Shown here in pieces: positions 17,935-27,387 of a stretch of 57,929 nucleotides of DNA (positions are counted from its first letter, which is position 1; each line of letters opens with the position of its first letter). Location of the stretch: the NCBI GenBank assembly GCA_964406595.1, contig CAYOSJ010000001.1, forward strand, positions 1 through 57,929. Reading direction: 5' to 3'. Origin of the DNA: an uncultured Dorea sp. (GTDB taxonomy: Bacteria > Bacillota > Clostridia > Lachnospirales > Lachnospiraceae). A program made the translations under genes and the position numbers. Below the pieces are notes generated by a model, which saw nothing but the letters and a program-made list of their open reading frames with translations, searched no databases and was not told the DNA's origin.

Positions 17935-18450
17935 ATGGACAATATTATATTTATCGGAATGCCGGCCGTTGGGAAAAGTACCGTAGGCGTAGTTCTTGCA
18001 AAACGTCTTGGATATAGATTTGTAGATACAGATATTCTTATACAGGAAAAAGAAGGCAGACTTCTGAAAGAGATTATTGCGGAAAAAGGTGTGCAGGGAT
18101 TCCTTGAAGTAGAGGACCGGATCAATGCGTCTGTGGAGGCAGAACGCACGGTCATATCTCCGGGTGGAAGTATCGTGTATTGCGAAAATGCCATGAAACA
18201 TTATAAAGAGATCGGTACCGTTGTATATTTGAAAATATCTTATGACATAATAAATAAGAGACTTAAAAATGCCAGGAATCGCGGCGTAGTGCTTCGCGAT
18301 GGGCAGACTTTCCGTGATCTGTACGAGGAGAGGACGACGTTATTTGAGAAATATGCGGATGTAACTGTCTGTGAAGACGGGCTTAATCTGGAGGAAACTC
18401 TTGATAAGGTCATGGCTGTTCTACCGAAAGTGGGAAAATATTACAGATAA
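17935..18450 (+). CDS. aroK: Shikimate kinase
   Basis: IGMPAVGKST P-loop, DTD and VISPGGS motifs. Confidence 0.88.
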   Translation: MDNIIFIGMPAVGKSTVGVVLAKRLGYRFVDTDILIQEKEGRLLKEIIAEKGVQGFLEVEDRINASVEAERTVISPGGSIVYCENAMKHYKEIGTVVYLKISYDIINKRLKNARNRGVVLRDGQTFRDLYEERTTLFEKYADVTVCEDGLNLEETLDKVMAVLPKVGKYYR

Positions 18451-18601
18451 GTTACATATTTGTAAAAAATGTTTTACAAATTGCAGATTTATGTTATACT
18501 GTTGAGTGTGTATAAGGGATTATGCATTTTTTTGTGTTGTTTAAATTTTAAATAAGAATATAAAGTTAAAGATTGAGTGTATAAGAATTTTGAGGTGTAG
18601 T

Positions 18602-19894
18602 ATGGAACAATATATTATTAAAGGGGGAAATCCTCTTGTAGGAGAGGTCGAGATCGGCGGAGCAAAGAATGCGGCGCTTGCGCTTCTTGCGGCAGCAATT
18701 ATGACAGACGAAACAGTTTGTATAGATAATCTTCCGGATGTAAATGACATTAATGTCATGCTGGACGCGATTGCAGGGATCGGCGGAATGGTTCACCGCA
18801 TTGACCGCCATACAGTCAGGATTAACGGGAGTAAGATCCATGACATTAATATTGAATATGATTATATTAAGAAGATACGGGCATCTTATTATCTGTTAGG
18901 CGCACTTCTTGGAAAGTATAAACATGCCGAGGTGGCACTTCCGGGTGGGTGCAATATCGGAAGCAGACCGATCGATCAACATTTGAAAGGATTCCGCGCC
19001 CTGGGGTGTGATGTAGATATTGAGCACGGCAAGATTATTGCAGAAGCAGACCGTCTGGCAGGAAAGCACATTTATTTTGACGTGGTAAGCGTAGGGGCAA
19101 CCATCAATGTCATGATGGCAGCAACGATGGCAGAAGGACTTACTATCATGGAAAATGTAGCGAAAGAGCCACATGTCGTTGATGTTGCGAACTTCCTGAA
19201 TAGCATGGGAGCAAATATCAGGGGGGCAGGTACAGATGTAATCAAGATCCGTGGCGTAAAGTATCTTCATGGTACGGAGTACTCTGTTATTCCGGATCAG
19301 ATTGAAGCAGGCACATTTATGTTTGCGGCAGCGGCAACAAAAGGAGACGTAACGGTATTAAATGTCATTCCAAAGCATCTTGAAGCGACGATCGCAAAAC
19401 TTGTGGAGATCGGCTGCGAAGTCGAGGAATTTGACGATGCAGTCCGGGTGGTTTCCAAGGGAGACTTGACAAGTACACATGTGAAGACATTGCCATATCC
19501 GGGATTCCCCACAGATATGCAGCCGCAGATAGGAGTCACATTAGCTTTGTGTACAGGGACAAGTACGATCACAGAAAGTATTTTCGAGAACCGTTTCAAA
19601 TATTTAGATGAACTGGCAAGAATGGGAGCCAGCGTTAAGGTTGAAGGAAACTCCGCGACAATCGAGGGAGTAGAGAAGTTTTCTGCGGCCCGTGTCAGCG
19701 CGCCAGATCTCCGTGCAGGAGCCGCGCTTTGTATTGCGGGGCTTGCAACAGACGGAATTACGATTGTAGATGATATTGTGTATATCCAAAGAGGATACGA
19801 GAGATTCGAGGAAAAACTTCGCAGTATAGGTGGAATCATCGAGAAAGTGGAGACAGAAAGAGAAATCCAGAAATTCAAATTGAAAGTAAGCTAA
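18602..19894 (+). CDS. murA: UDP-N-acetylglucosamine 1-carboxyvinyltransferase
   Basis: GAKNAAL, LPGGCNIGSRPIDQH, PGFPTDMQ, DLRAGA and RGYE motifs. Confidence 0.95.
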   Translation: MEQYIIKGGNPLVGEVEIGGAKNAALALLAAAIMTDETVCIDNLPDVNDINVMLDAIAGIGGMVHRIDRHTVRINGSKIHDINIEYDYIKKIRASYYLLGALLGKYKHAEVALPGGCNIGSRPIDQHLKGFRALGCDVDIEHGKIIAEADRLAGKHIYFDVVSVGATINVMMAATMAEGLTIMENVAKEPHVVDVANFLNSMGANIRGAGTDVIKIRGVKYLHGTEYSVIPDQIEAGTFMFAAAATKGDVTVLNVIPKHLEATIAKLVEIGCEVEEFDDAVRVVSKGDLTSTHVKTLPYPGFPTDMQPQIGVTLALCTGTSTITESIFENRFKYLDELARMGASVKVEGNSATIEGVEKFSAARVSAPDLRAGAALCIAGLATDGITIVDDIVYIQRGYERFEEKLRSIGGIIEKVETEREIQKFKLKVS

Positions 19895-19895
19895 A

Positions 19896-19977
19896 GTTGG
19901 GGACGGGGTAAAATTAAATTTACTCCGTCCCAAATTGATTTATCCCTGTCCCAGATTGAAAATACCCTGTCCCAGAT
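19896..19977. repeat. Palindromic repeat, four-unit copy 6 (reverse orientation)
   Basis: GTTGGGGACGGGGTAAAATTAAATTTACTCCGTCCCAAATT followed by two CCCTGTCCCAGAT units; directly after the murA stop. Confidence 0.9.
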
Positions 19978-19996
19978 GGGGCATAAGGAGAAGGTA

Positions 19997-21181
19997 ATGA
20001 AGAAAATACAAAACAGATATGTGATATTGGCAATTGCGGCAACGGTTAATTTTGTGCATGGCAATCCTTATATATGGACGGTGTTTCAGCCGTATGTCCG
20101 GCAGGAGTTTGGTATGTCTCTGGCGGGTTCTGGTCAGCCGTTTACGGTGATCATTGGAATTTTTGCTTTGGGAAATATGATCGGGGGTTATTTACAGCAT
20201 AAATTGGGAGCGAAAAAGACGATTTTGCTTGGAAGTTATGTGATGTGTGCCGGTTTTTTGCTTGCGGCAGTTGCGCCTTATGATATGCCGTGGATGATTT
20301 CGCTTGGGTATGGTGCCATTGGCGGACTTGGCTCCGGCTGCGCTTTCAGCCTTTTGGTGGCTGTGCCACAGGCGTGGTTCCCGGATAAACGTGGATTGGT
20401 TACAGGAATTACGATGGGTGTCGTTGGTGTTTCCGGTATAATTATGAACCCCATTTGTGATTATGTGTTGGCGGCAAGGGGATATCGTTTTACCATGTTG
20501 ATGGTAACGATCATTTATGCGGTGTTATGTCTGGGGGCATTTTTTATAGAAGAAGCGCCGGAGGAACTTGCAGAGCAGAGTGCGGGGACGTTAAAACAAA
20601 ACGAAGAAACACAAAAGCAGTATACGACAAAAGAAATGATGAAAACGAGATCATTTTACATTATCTGTATCGTGATGGCGATGGCGATTCCGGCGTATGT
20701 GCTGGTAAATCCGTTGATGAAATCTCTTGGAATGGAGAGAGGGCTGACGAACGGGCAGGCGCTTGCCGGCGTGGTGATCGCATCTTTTGCGAATATTATC
20801 GGAAGGTTTGTGATTCCGTGGATTTCTGACAGAGTAGGGTGTCGGATCATGATACAACTTCTTTATCTGGCAGCAACTATATCCGTCCTTGGGCTTACCG
20901 CGGCAAGAGGAGGACTGTTTATCTCACTGGTATGCCTGATGTATGGCGGAGTTGTAAGCGTGTTTCCGGTGCTGGTGTCGGAATATTTCGGCATGAAGTA
21001 TCAGGGAATGAATTATGGGGCGGTGATGATTGGCTATGGGATTGTCTCTGTGTTGTGTCCGCTTCTTCTGGAAGTGGCGGGGCAGAATCTGGCATTTATC
21101 ATTGCAGGCGTGTCCTGCGGGGTAGGTCTTGCAGGAACGAGATTTCTGAAGGAGAGTTCGCGGGAGAAGGCGGAATGCTGA
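19997..21181 (+). CDS. MFS transporter (oxalate:formate antiporter-like)
   Basis: ~12 TM; YIWTVF, WFPDKRGLVTG and EYFGMKYQGMNYG motifs typical of the OFA subfamily. Confidence 0.85.
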   Translation: MKKIQNRYVILAIAATVNFVHGNPYIWTVFQPYVRQEFGMSLAGSGQPFTVIIGIFALGNMIGGYLQHKLGAKKTILLGSYVMCAGFLLAAVAPYDMPWMISLGYGAIGGLGSGCAFSLLVAVPQAWFPDKRGLVTGITMGVVGVSGIIMNPICDYVLAARGYRFTMLMVTIIYAVLCLGAFFIEEAPEELAEQSAGTLKQNEETQKQYTTKEMMKTRSFYIICIVMAMAIPAYVLVNPLMKSLGMERGLTNGQALAGVVIASFANIIGRFVIPWISDRVGCRIMIQLLYLAATISVLGLTAARGGLFISLVCLMYGGVVSVFPVLVSEYFGMKYQGMNYGAVMIGYGIVSVLCPLLLEVAGQNLAFIIAGVSCGVGLAGTRFLKESSREKAEC

Positions 21182-21297
21182 TCTGGGACTTTGGGTTTAT
21201 TTTAGAGAAATTTCAGAGAATTTGGAAAATCCAGTTGACATTTTCGGGGAAATTGTGTATATTTTTATAAATACTAAAAATAAATAATGTAAACTTT

Positions 21298-21396
21298 CTC
21301 TTATTCAGAGCAGTGGAGGTACAAAGGACCTGTGAAACTGCGGCAACCCCCGTGATGGGAAGGTGCCAACCTGAGCGAGCAATCGAACAATAAGAG
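21298..21396 (+). ncRNA. SAM-I (S-box) riboswitch aptamer
   Basis: P1 CUCUUAUU/AAUAAGAG, CAGAG, P2 with GUGGA/UGUGA kink-turn, GGCAACC...GGUGCC P3, GCAA-capped P4; upstream of metK. Confidence 0.9.
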
Positions 21397-21416
21397 GATT
21401 GATTTATAAAAGATAT

Positions 21417-21447
21417 AAAACAGTCCGCTTGTTGTGGGCTGTTTTTT
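21417..21447 (+). terminator. Riboswitch expression-platform terminator
   Basis: AAAACAGTCCGC-TTGTT-GTGGGCTGTTTTTT. Confidence 0.8.
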
Positions 21448-21559
21448 ATGATATAGAAAACATCGGTTTCCCATATCAAAAAAATCCTTCGAATGTTACT
21501 CGCGCGAAAATGTAATATGTCGCAGGCGACCGCGCCCGGCGTGTTTACATAGGAAAATC

Positions 21560-21643
21560 AATTTGGGACAGGGGAAAGTTCAAAAAGGGACAGGGAGAAT
21601 TTAATCTGGGACGGAGTAAATTTAATTTAACCCCGTCCCCAAC
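21560..21643. repeat. Palindromic repeat, four-unit copy 7
   Basis: Two GGGACAGGG units then AATCTGGGACGGAGTAAATTTAATTTAACCCCGTCCCCAAC; mirror image of copy 6; just before the metK RBS. Confidence 0.9.
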
Positions 21644-21661
21644 CCACAAAGGAGGTAAAAA

Positions 21662-22849
21662 ATGGAGAAATTATTATTTACATCTGAATCAGTGACTGAA
21701 GGTCACCCGGACAAGATCTGTGATGCGATTTCTGACGCGGTGCTTGATGCGTTGATGGAGCAGGATCCGAACAGTCGTGTGGCATGTGAGACGGCGATCA
21801 CAACGGGCCTTGTGCTTGTAATGGGCGAGATTACAACGAATGCTTATGTTGATATTCAGAAAATCGTCCGTGATACCGTAGACGAGATCGGATACAATCG
21901 GGCAAAATATGGATTTGACGCGCACACATGTGGTGTCATCACGGCAATTGACGAGCAGTCCAGTGATATTGCGATGGGTGTTGACAAGGCGTTGGAGGCG
22001 AAAGAGAACCGGATGTCGGATAACGAGATCGAGGCGATCGGAGCAGGGGATCAGGGCATGATGTTTGGATATGCCTGTGATGAGACGCCGGAATTGATGC
22101 CTTATCCGATTTCGCTTGCACACAAATTGACGCGCAGGCTTGCAGAGGTTCGTAAAAATGGAACGCTTCCTTATTTAAGACCGGATGGAAAGTCTCAGGT
22201 TACAGTCGAGTATGACGAGGCGGGAATTCCGAAACGTCTGGAGGCGGTAGTTCTTTCTACGCAGCATGACCCGGATGTAACGCAGGAGCAGATTCACGAG
22301 GATATTAAGAAGCATGTATTTGATGCAGTAGTTCTGGCAGAGATGGTAGATGAGAAGACAAAGTTCTTTATCAACCCGACAGGACGTTTTGTAATTGGTG
22401 GCCCTCATGGAGATTCTGGTTTAACAGGACGTAAGATCATCGTGGATACTTATGGTGGAATGGCACGTCACGGCGGCGGTGCATTTTCAGGTAAGGACTG
22501 CACGAAGGTAGACCGTTCTGCAGCTTATGCAGCACGTTATGTTGCAAAGAATATTGTAGCAGCGGGCATTGCAAAAAAATGTGAGATTCAGTTGTCTTAT
22601 GCGATCGGTGTAGCACAGCCGACATCTATTATGATTGACACATTCGGAACGGGAAAGATATCTGAGGAAAAATTAGTTGATATCGTAAGAGAGAACTTTG
22701 ACCTTCGTCCGGCAGGAATCATTAAGATGTTAGATTTAAGAAGACCGATCTACAAGAAGACGTCTGCGTATGGACATTTCGGACGTACAGATGCAGAGTT
22801 TTCCTGGGAGAGGACAGATAAGGTGGACGTGCTGAAACGTTATCTATAA
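21662..22849 (+). CDS. metK: S-adenosylmethionine synthetase
   Basis: [19 protein letters not shown] and GGGAFSGKD motifs. Confidence 0.97.
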   Translation: MEKLLFTSESVTEGHPDKICDAISDAVLDALMEQDPNSRVACETAITTGLVLVMGEITTNAYVDIQKIVRDTVDEIGYNRAKYGFDAHTCGVITAIDEQSSDIAMGVDKALEAKENRMSDNEIEAIGAGDQGMMFGYACDETPELMPYPISLAHKLTRRLAEVRKNGTLPYLRPDGKSQVTVEYDEAGIPKRLEAVVLSTQHDPDVTQEQIHEDIKKHVFDAVVLAEMVDEKTKFFINPTGRFVIGGPHGDSGLTGRKIIVDTYGGMARHGGGAFSGKDCTKVDRSAAYAARYVAKNIVAAGIAKKCEIQLSYAIGVAQPTSIMIDTFGTGKISEEKLVDIVRENFDLRPAGIIKMLDLRRPIYKKTSAYGHFGRTDAEFSWERTDKVDVLKRYL

Positions 22850-22953
22850 GAAATATAGGTGTTTGTGATTTATAGAAATTTAATAAATGTTTATGGGCGC
22901 TTTCGTGTGAAGCGCCTGTTTTCATGCTATACTTAAAATCGGAGGACATATAT

Positions 22954-24450
22954 ATGAAGTTAAAAACAAGGCTGACTATCGCGTTTTTTATAATTATATT
23001 AATTCCGATTTTATTATCCACTGCCATGATCACACTTCTTAGCAGGTATCAGGTAGGGGCGATACAGAAAACATACGGGATCGCGGATGCCACGATAGAG
23101 AGTCTTTCGAATCCCATGCAGATCCTCGGAGGTGTGACAGAGAGCCTTTATGGAGAACTGTCCGGTATGATAGAAAAAGAGCCGGAGAAGTTGGAAGACG
23201 CCACATATCTGAATGAATTTAACAGAAAACTGACAGAAAAGAAAGCGTATCTGATCGTACGCAAGGAAAGGACGATCGTTTACACGGGAAAGGACACCGA
23301 GGAAGTGAAGAACGTCATCCGCCAGCTTCCTGATTATGGGGATCTGGACACGACTTCGAAGAACGGGATCTACCTGGGCGGAAAGGCAAATTCACTGGTG
23401 AAACAGATTGATTTTCATTATCCGGAAGGGTCGAAGGGCAGTGCGTTTATCATCACAGATGTAAGCAATATGATTCCGGAGATGGAGGAATTCTTTGTAG
23501 ATATGATGGTCTGTATCGTGTTGGTCCTGATACTGACGGCAGCGGGTCTGATATTCTGGATCTACAAAAGCATCATGCGCCCTCTGGGGAAAATGCAGGT
23601 GGCGGCGCGAAACATCAAAGAAGGAAATCTGGAGTTTGAATTAAAAGCGGAGTCGGATGATGAACTGGGACAGTTGTCAAGGAGCCTTGAAGATATGCGA
23701 AAGAGGCTGAAAGACAATGCGGAGGAGAAGCTTACCTACGATAAAGAGAGTAAGGAACTTATCAGTAATATTTCCCATGACCTTAAGACGCCGGTAACGA
23801 CCATCAAGGGCTACGCGGAAGGGATCATTGACGGAGTGGCAGACACGCCGGAGAAACTGGATAAATATGTCCGGACCATTTACAATAAAGCGAATGAGAT
23901 GGATCTTCTTATCAATGAACTGACATTGTATTCCAAGATTGATACAAACAGGATTCCATATAATTTCAGTATCTTGTCGGTCAATGATTATTTTAACGAC
24001 TGTTCGGAGGAATTGTCTCTGGAGCTTGAGGCGAAGAACGTGCAGTTTGGGTATTTTAATTATGTGGATCCGGAAGTCAGAGTTATCGCGGATGCGGAAC
24101 AGATCCGGAGAGTGATCCATAATATTATTAATAATTCTGTCAAATATATGGACAAGAAACGGGGCAAGATCAATCTCAGGGTGAAAGACGTGGGAGACTT
24201 TATCCAGGTGGAACTGGAAGACAATGGGAAAGGAATTGCCGCAAAAGACTTGCCGAATATCTTCGACAGGTTTTACCGCACAGACGCATCGAGAAATTCT
24301 TCCAAGGGAGGAAGTGGGATCGGGCTTTCTATTGTGAAGAAGATCATCGAAGAGCATGGGGGCAAGATCTGGGCGACAAGCAGGGAAAATACGGGAACGA
24401 CCATGTACTTTGTGCTTAGAAAACATCAGGAGGTGCCAATAAATGAATAA
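22954..24450 (+). CDS. HAMP-domain sensor histidine kinase
   Basis: Two TMs, HAMP (DDELGQL), ISHDLKTP, DNGKGI and GSGIGL. Confidence 0.92.
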   Translation: MKLKTRLTIAFFIIILIPILLSTAMITLLSRYQVGAIQKTYGIADATIESLSNPMQILGGVTESLYGELSGMIEKEPEKLEDATYLNEFNRKLTEKKAYLIVRKERTIVYTGKDTEEVKNVIRQLPDYGDLDTTSKNGIYLGGKANSLVKQIDFHYPEGSKGSAFIITDVSNMIPEMEEFFVDMMVCIVLVLILTAAGLIFWIYKSIMRPLGKMQVAARNIKEGNLEFELKAESDDELGQLSRSLEDMRKRLKDNAEEKLTYDKESKELISNISHDLKTPVTTIKGYAEGIIDGVADTPEKLDKYVRTIYNKANEMDLLINELTLYSKIDTNRIPYNFSILSVNDYFNDCSEELSLELEAKNVQFGYFNYVDPEVRVIADAEQIRRVIHNIINNSVKYMDKKRGKINLRVKDVGDFIQVELEDNGKGIAAKDLPNIFDRFYRTDASRNSSKGGSGIGLSIVKKIIEEHGGKIWATSRENTGTTMYFVLRKHQEVPINE

Positions 24451-25132
24451 GATATTAATTGTAGAAGACGAAGAAGCGATTGCAGATCTTGAAAAAGATT
24501 ATCTGGAACTTAGCGGATTTGAAGTGGAAGTGGCAAATGATGGTGAGACGGGGCTTAAGAAAGCACTTGAGGAGGACTACAGCCTGTTTATTCTCGACCT
24601 GATGCTTCCGGGCGTGGACGGATTTGAGATCTGCCGCAAGATCCGTGATGAAAAGAATACACCGATCATTATGGTATCCGCAAAGAAAGACGACATTGAC
24701 AAGATTCGTGGACTGGGACTTGGGGCAGATGATTATATGACGAAACCATTTAGCCCGAGCGAACTGGTGGCAAGAGTGAAGGCACATCTGGCGAGATATG
24801 ACCGTCTGACGGGAAGTGCAGTGTCGAAGAATAAGCTGATCGAGATTCGTGGGCTTAAGATTGATACGACGGCAAGGCGTGTGTGGATCAATGGAAAAGA
24901 ACGTACATTTACGACAAAGGAATTTGACCTTCTTACTTTTCTTGCAAGTCATCCGAATCATGTGTACACGAAGGAAGAATTGTTCCGTGAGATCTGGGAT
25001 ATGGAGTCCATCGGAGATATTGCCACGGTAACGGTGCATATTAAGAAGATCCGTGAGAAGGTTGAGATGGATACATCCAATCCGCAGTATATCGAAACTA
25101 TCTGGGGCGTGGGATATAGATTTAAAATGTAG
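24443..25132 (+). CDS. OmpR family response regulator
   Basis: ILIVEDE, LDLMLP, GADDYMTKPF and IETIWGVGYRF. Confidence 0.93.
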   Translation: MNKILIVEDEEAIADLEKDYLELSGFEVEVANDGETGLKKALEEDYSLFILDLMLPGVDGFEICRKIRDEKNTPIIMVSAKKDDIDKIRGLGLGADDYMTKPFSPSELVARVKAHLARYDRLTGSAVSKNKLIEIRGLKIDTTARRVWINGKERTFTTKEFDLLTFLASHPNHVYTKEELFREIWDMESIGDIATVTVHIKKIREKVEMDTSNPQYIETIWGVGYRFKM

Positions 25133-25141
25133 ATCAGGCAG

Positions 25142-25204
25142 TTGATTGTTCTTTTGATATATTATATAATAGAGTTATATAACAAGTTTATATAACTCTA
25201 TTAT
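25142..25204 (+). promoter_or_regulatory. sigmaA promoter with a palindromic operator
   Basis: TTGATT-17-TATAAT overlapped by perfect 17-bp inverted repeat ATAATAGAGTTATATAA-CAAGT-TTATATAACTCTATTAT (25166-25204). Confidence 0.75.
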
Positions 25205-25227
25205 TTTTTTTATTTGGAGGGATCTTT

Positions 25228-25800
25228 ATGCCAAAACAGAGAATTACAAAAGAAATGGTCGTGGACGCGGCTTTTGAGATCGCCCGAGAGGAAGGGCTGG
25301 AAAAGGCTACCGTAAAAACCATTGCAGAAAAGTTAGGGTGTTCCGTGCAGCCTATTTACAGTTACTGTCAGAATATGAATGGACTCAGGAACGATGTTGC
25401 TGAGAAAGCGAGGGCGTTTATTCAGGAATATGTAGGGAAGTCTGTTGATAAAAAGGATCTGTTCCGAAGTACGGGACACGCATATATCCAGATCGCGAAA
25501 GAAGAGCCTCATATCTTCAGAATATATCTGTCGCAGGAAAGGAAAGGGATTTCCTCTCTTGATGAACTGTATCGTGCCGAAACCAATCCGGCTGTTGCAA
25601 AAGTCATTGCAGAGGAACTGCATATTTCTGTTTCAGCAGCGAAGAAGCTGCATCTGAATATGCTGATCTATACGATCGGCATCGGAACAATTTTTTCAGC
25701 CACGTCTTCGTCTATTTCCGAAAATGAGATCTTTGCGCAGCAGGAACTGGCATATCAGGCATTTTTAAAAAGTGCAAAGGAGGGTACAGAAAATGAATAA
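25228..25800 (+). CDS. TetR/AcrR family regulator
   Basis: AAFEIAREEGL...IAEKLGCSVQPIYS HTH. Confidence 0.88.
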   Translation: MPKQRITKEMVVDAAFEIAREEGLEKATVKTIAEKLGCSVQPIYSYCQNMNGLRNDVAEKARAFIQEYVGKSVDKKDLFRSTGHAYIQIAKEEPHIFRIYLSQERKGISSLDELYRAETNPAVAKVIAEELHISVSAAKKLHLNMLIYTIGIGTIFSATSSSISENEIFAQQELAYQAFLKSAKEGTENE

Positions 25801-26332
25801 AAAGATATTAGTTATTTATAAAAGCGTCACAGGTTTCACAAAAGAATATGCCCGGTGGATCTCGGAAGAACTGGAGTGTGAGATGTCAGACCTTAAAGAA
25901 GTGTCTGCCAAGAAGATGTCGCGATACGAGACAATTATCTTCGGCGGACGGTTTCATGCCGGAATGGTAGACGGGCTGAAAAAAGCAAAAGAACTTTTCG
26001 GGGAAAGCAGCGAGGGCAGATTGATTGTCTTTGCCACCGGCGCTACGCCGGATACGGAAACGAACATGATCGAGGAGGCGTGGAAAAACAATTTTACAGA
26101 GGAAGAATTAGCGCATATCCCTCATTTTTACATGCAGAGTGGCCTGCGGTATGAAAAAATGCCCCTGGGCGATCGATGGATGCTAAAAGCATTCGCCTCT
26201 ATGATAAAACACAAAAAAGAGAAAAGCAAATACGAAAAAGCCATGGAACAAGCCCTTGGCAGTTCCTACGATCTTTCGTCCAGGGCATATATCAGACCGC
26301 TTATTTCTTATACATATTCTTTGAAGCCATAG
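25793..26332 (+). CDS. Flavodoxin-domain protein
   Basis: VIYKSVTGFTKEYARWI FMN loop, IIFGG and VFATG; overlaps the TetR stop. Confidence 0.8.
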   Translation: MNKKILVIYKSVTGFTKEYARWISEELECEMSDLKEVSAKKMSRYETIIFGGRFHAGMVDGLKKAKELFGESSEGRLIVFATGATPDTETNMIEEAWKNNFTEEELAHIPHFYMQSGLRYEKMPLGDRWMLKAFASMIKHKKEKSKYEKAMEQALGSSYDLSSRAYIRPLISYTYSLKP

Positions 26333-26425
26333 ACTTCATTGGCCTGATCAGGAAGATAGAGCCCCATCTTCTATATCCTACGACCACGGGGTTCTGATTA
26401 AATATCAGAAGGCATAGTCCTTTGC

Positions 26426-26547
26426 CTATGGGAGGACAGCGTCGGATGCCAGAGCGAGGGTTGCAGGTATGGCAAGCTTTGTGATCGCCCTGGAAGGCTC
26501 TACCGTAGATAGAAGCAGGCGTTTCCATGTTGTTTATTTGTCTTCAT
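26426..26547 (-). pseudogene. Frameshifted, truncated MATE-transporter 5' remnant
   Basis: GGAGGT RBS plus ATG overlapping the TetR end gives MKTNKQHGN..*; another frame reads LLSTVEPSRAITKLAIPATLAL (MATE-like N-terminus) then stops. Confidence 0.5.
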
Positions 26548-27169
26548 GATGTACCTCCAAAATTCCGTATAAAAGGATATTTAATTGTCTGTGACACTGC
26601 GCTTCGTGGCGTCTTAGAAGGTCTTCTCCTGATTCTCCCTCTTTTAATGCCTGCTGAAAGCGCAGGTTGAAATAATTGATATACATTTCAAGGTCTTCGA
26701 TCACTCTGGAAAGTTCAAGGTCGGGACGGAGCCCGGCATTTTCCAGAAGTTTACGGAGAAATGTGATGTTCAGGGCATCAAAATCCCTGCGGATCTTATA
26801 GATGGCATTCATAAGATGAAAGGGGGGATTTAGCATGGCATCTATAAAAATATTGAGATAGACCGGGTTGTCTGTAAAAAAGTGGAAACGTATGTCAAAG
26901 TATTGCGTAAGACGTTGTTCCACAGTGCCGGTGATCGCCTGTTCCTGTTCGGAAAGGTATCTCGTAAGTTCCCGGAAGCATTCTTCTACACATAAGAGAT
27001 ATAGTTCTTCTTTGTCTCTGAAATGATGATAGATGATTCCCTTGGAGATCCCGTTCTCTGCACACAGATTGTTTAAAGAAGCGTTGCGCCAGCCGGATCT
27101 GGAAAACTCCGTCCTGGCAGCAGTCAGGATCTTATCTCGTGTCAGTGCACTTTTTTCTTCTCTTTTCAT
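26534..27169 (-). CDS. TetR/AcrR family regulator
   Basis: TRDKILTAARTEFSRSG...GISKGIIYHHFRDKEELY HTH. Confidence 0.9.
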   Translation of the reverse strand: MKREEKSALTRDKILTAARTEFSRSGWRNASLNNLCAENGISKGIIYHHFRDKEELYLLCVEECFRELTRYLSEQEQAITGTVEQRLTQYFDIRFHFFTDNPVYLNIFIDAMLNPPFHLMNAIYKIRRDFDALNITFLRKLLENAGLRPDLELSRVIEDLEMYINYFNLRFQQALKEGESGEDLLRRHEAQCHRQLNILLYGILEVHHEDK

Positions 27170-27226
27170 AATTTTTTGCTCCTGTATTTTTTCCCAAAGT
27201 GGGTATGTTTCAAACAGTATTAAAAA

Positions 27227-27279
27227 TAGACCGACTGGTCTGTATACAGAAGATTAACATAAACAGATCGGGTGGTCAA
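27227..27279 (-). promoter_or_regulatory. Promoter and probable TetR operators
   Basis: Minus TTGACC-17-TAATCT; dyad TAGACCGACTGGTCTG and related CAGATCGGGTGGTCAA. Confidence 0.6.
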
Positions 27280-27387
27280 TTATTTAAAAGTGAAAAATGT
27301 GTGAAAATATAAAATTTACATTTATTTTCCTCCGTGATAAGATGATACTAAGATTTCACATAAAAGATGACAGGAGAGCGGATAATT

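Noticed and set aside
17509-18201. Long antisense ORFs (also 19297-19878, 23677-24426, 24455-25039, 31818-32402)
   Set aside because: They are shadows of well-supported genes on the opposite strand, with no RBS or motifs.
26301-26528. 75-aa ORF METPASIYGR...
   Set aside because: Alternative frame over the MATE remnant; it overlaps the flavodoxin gene end and has no family features.
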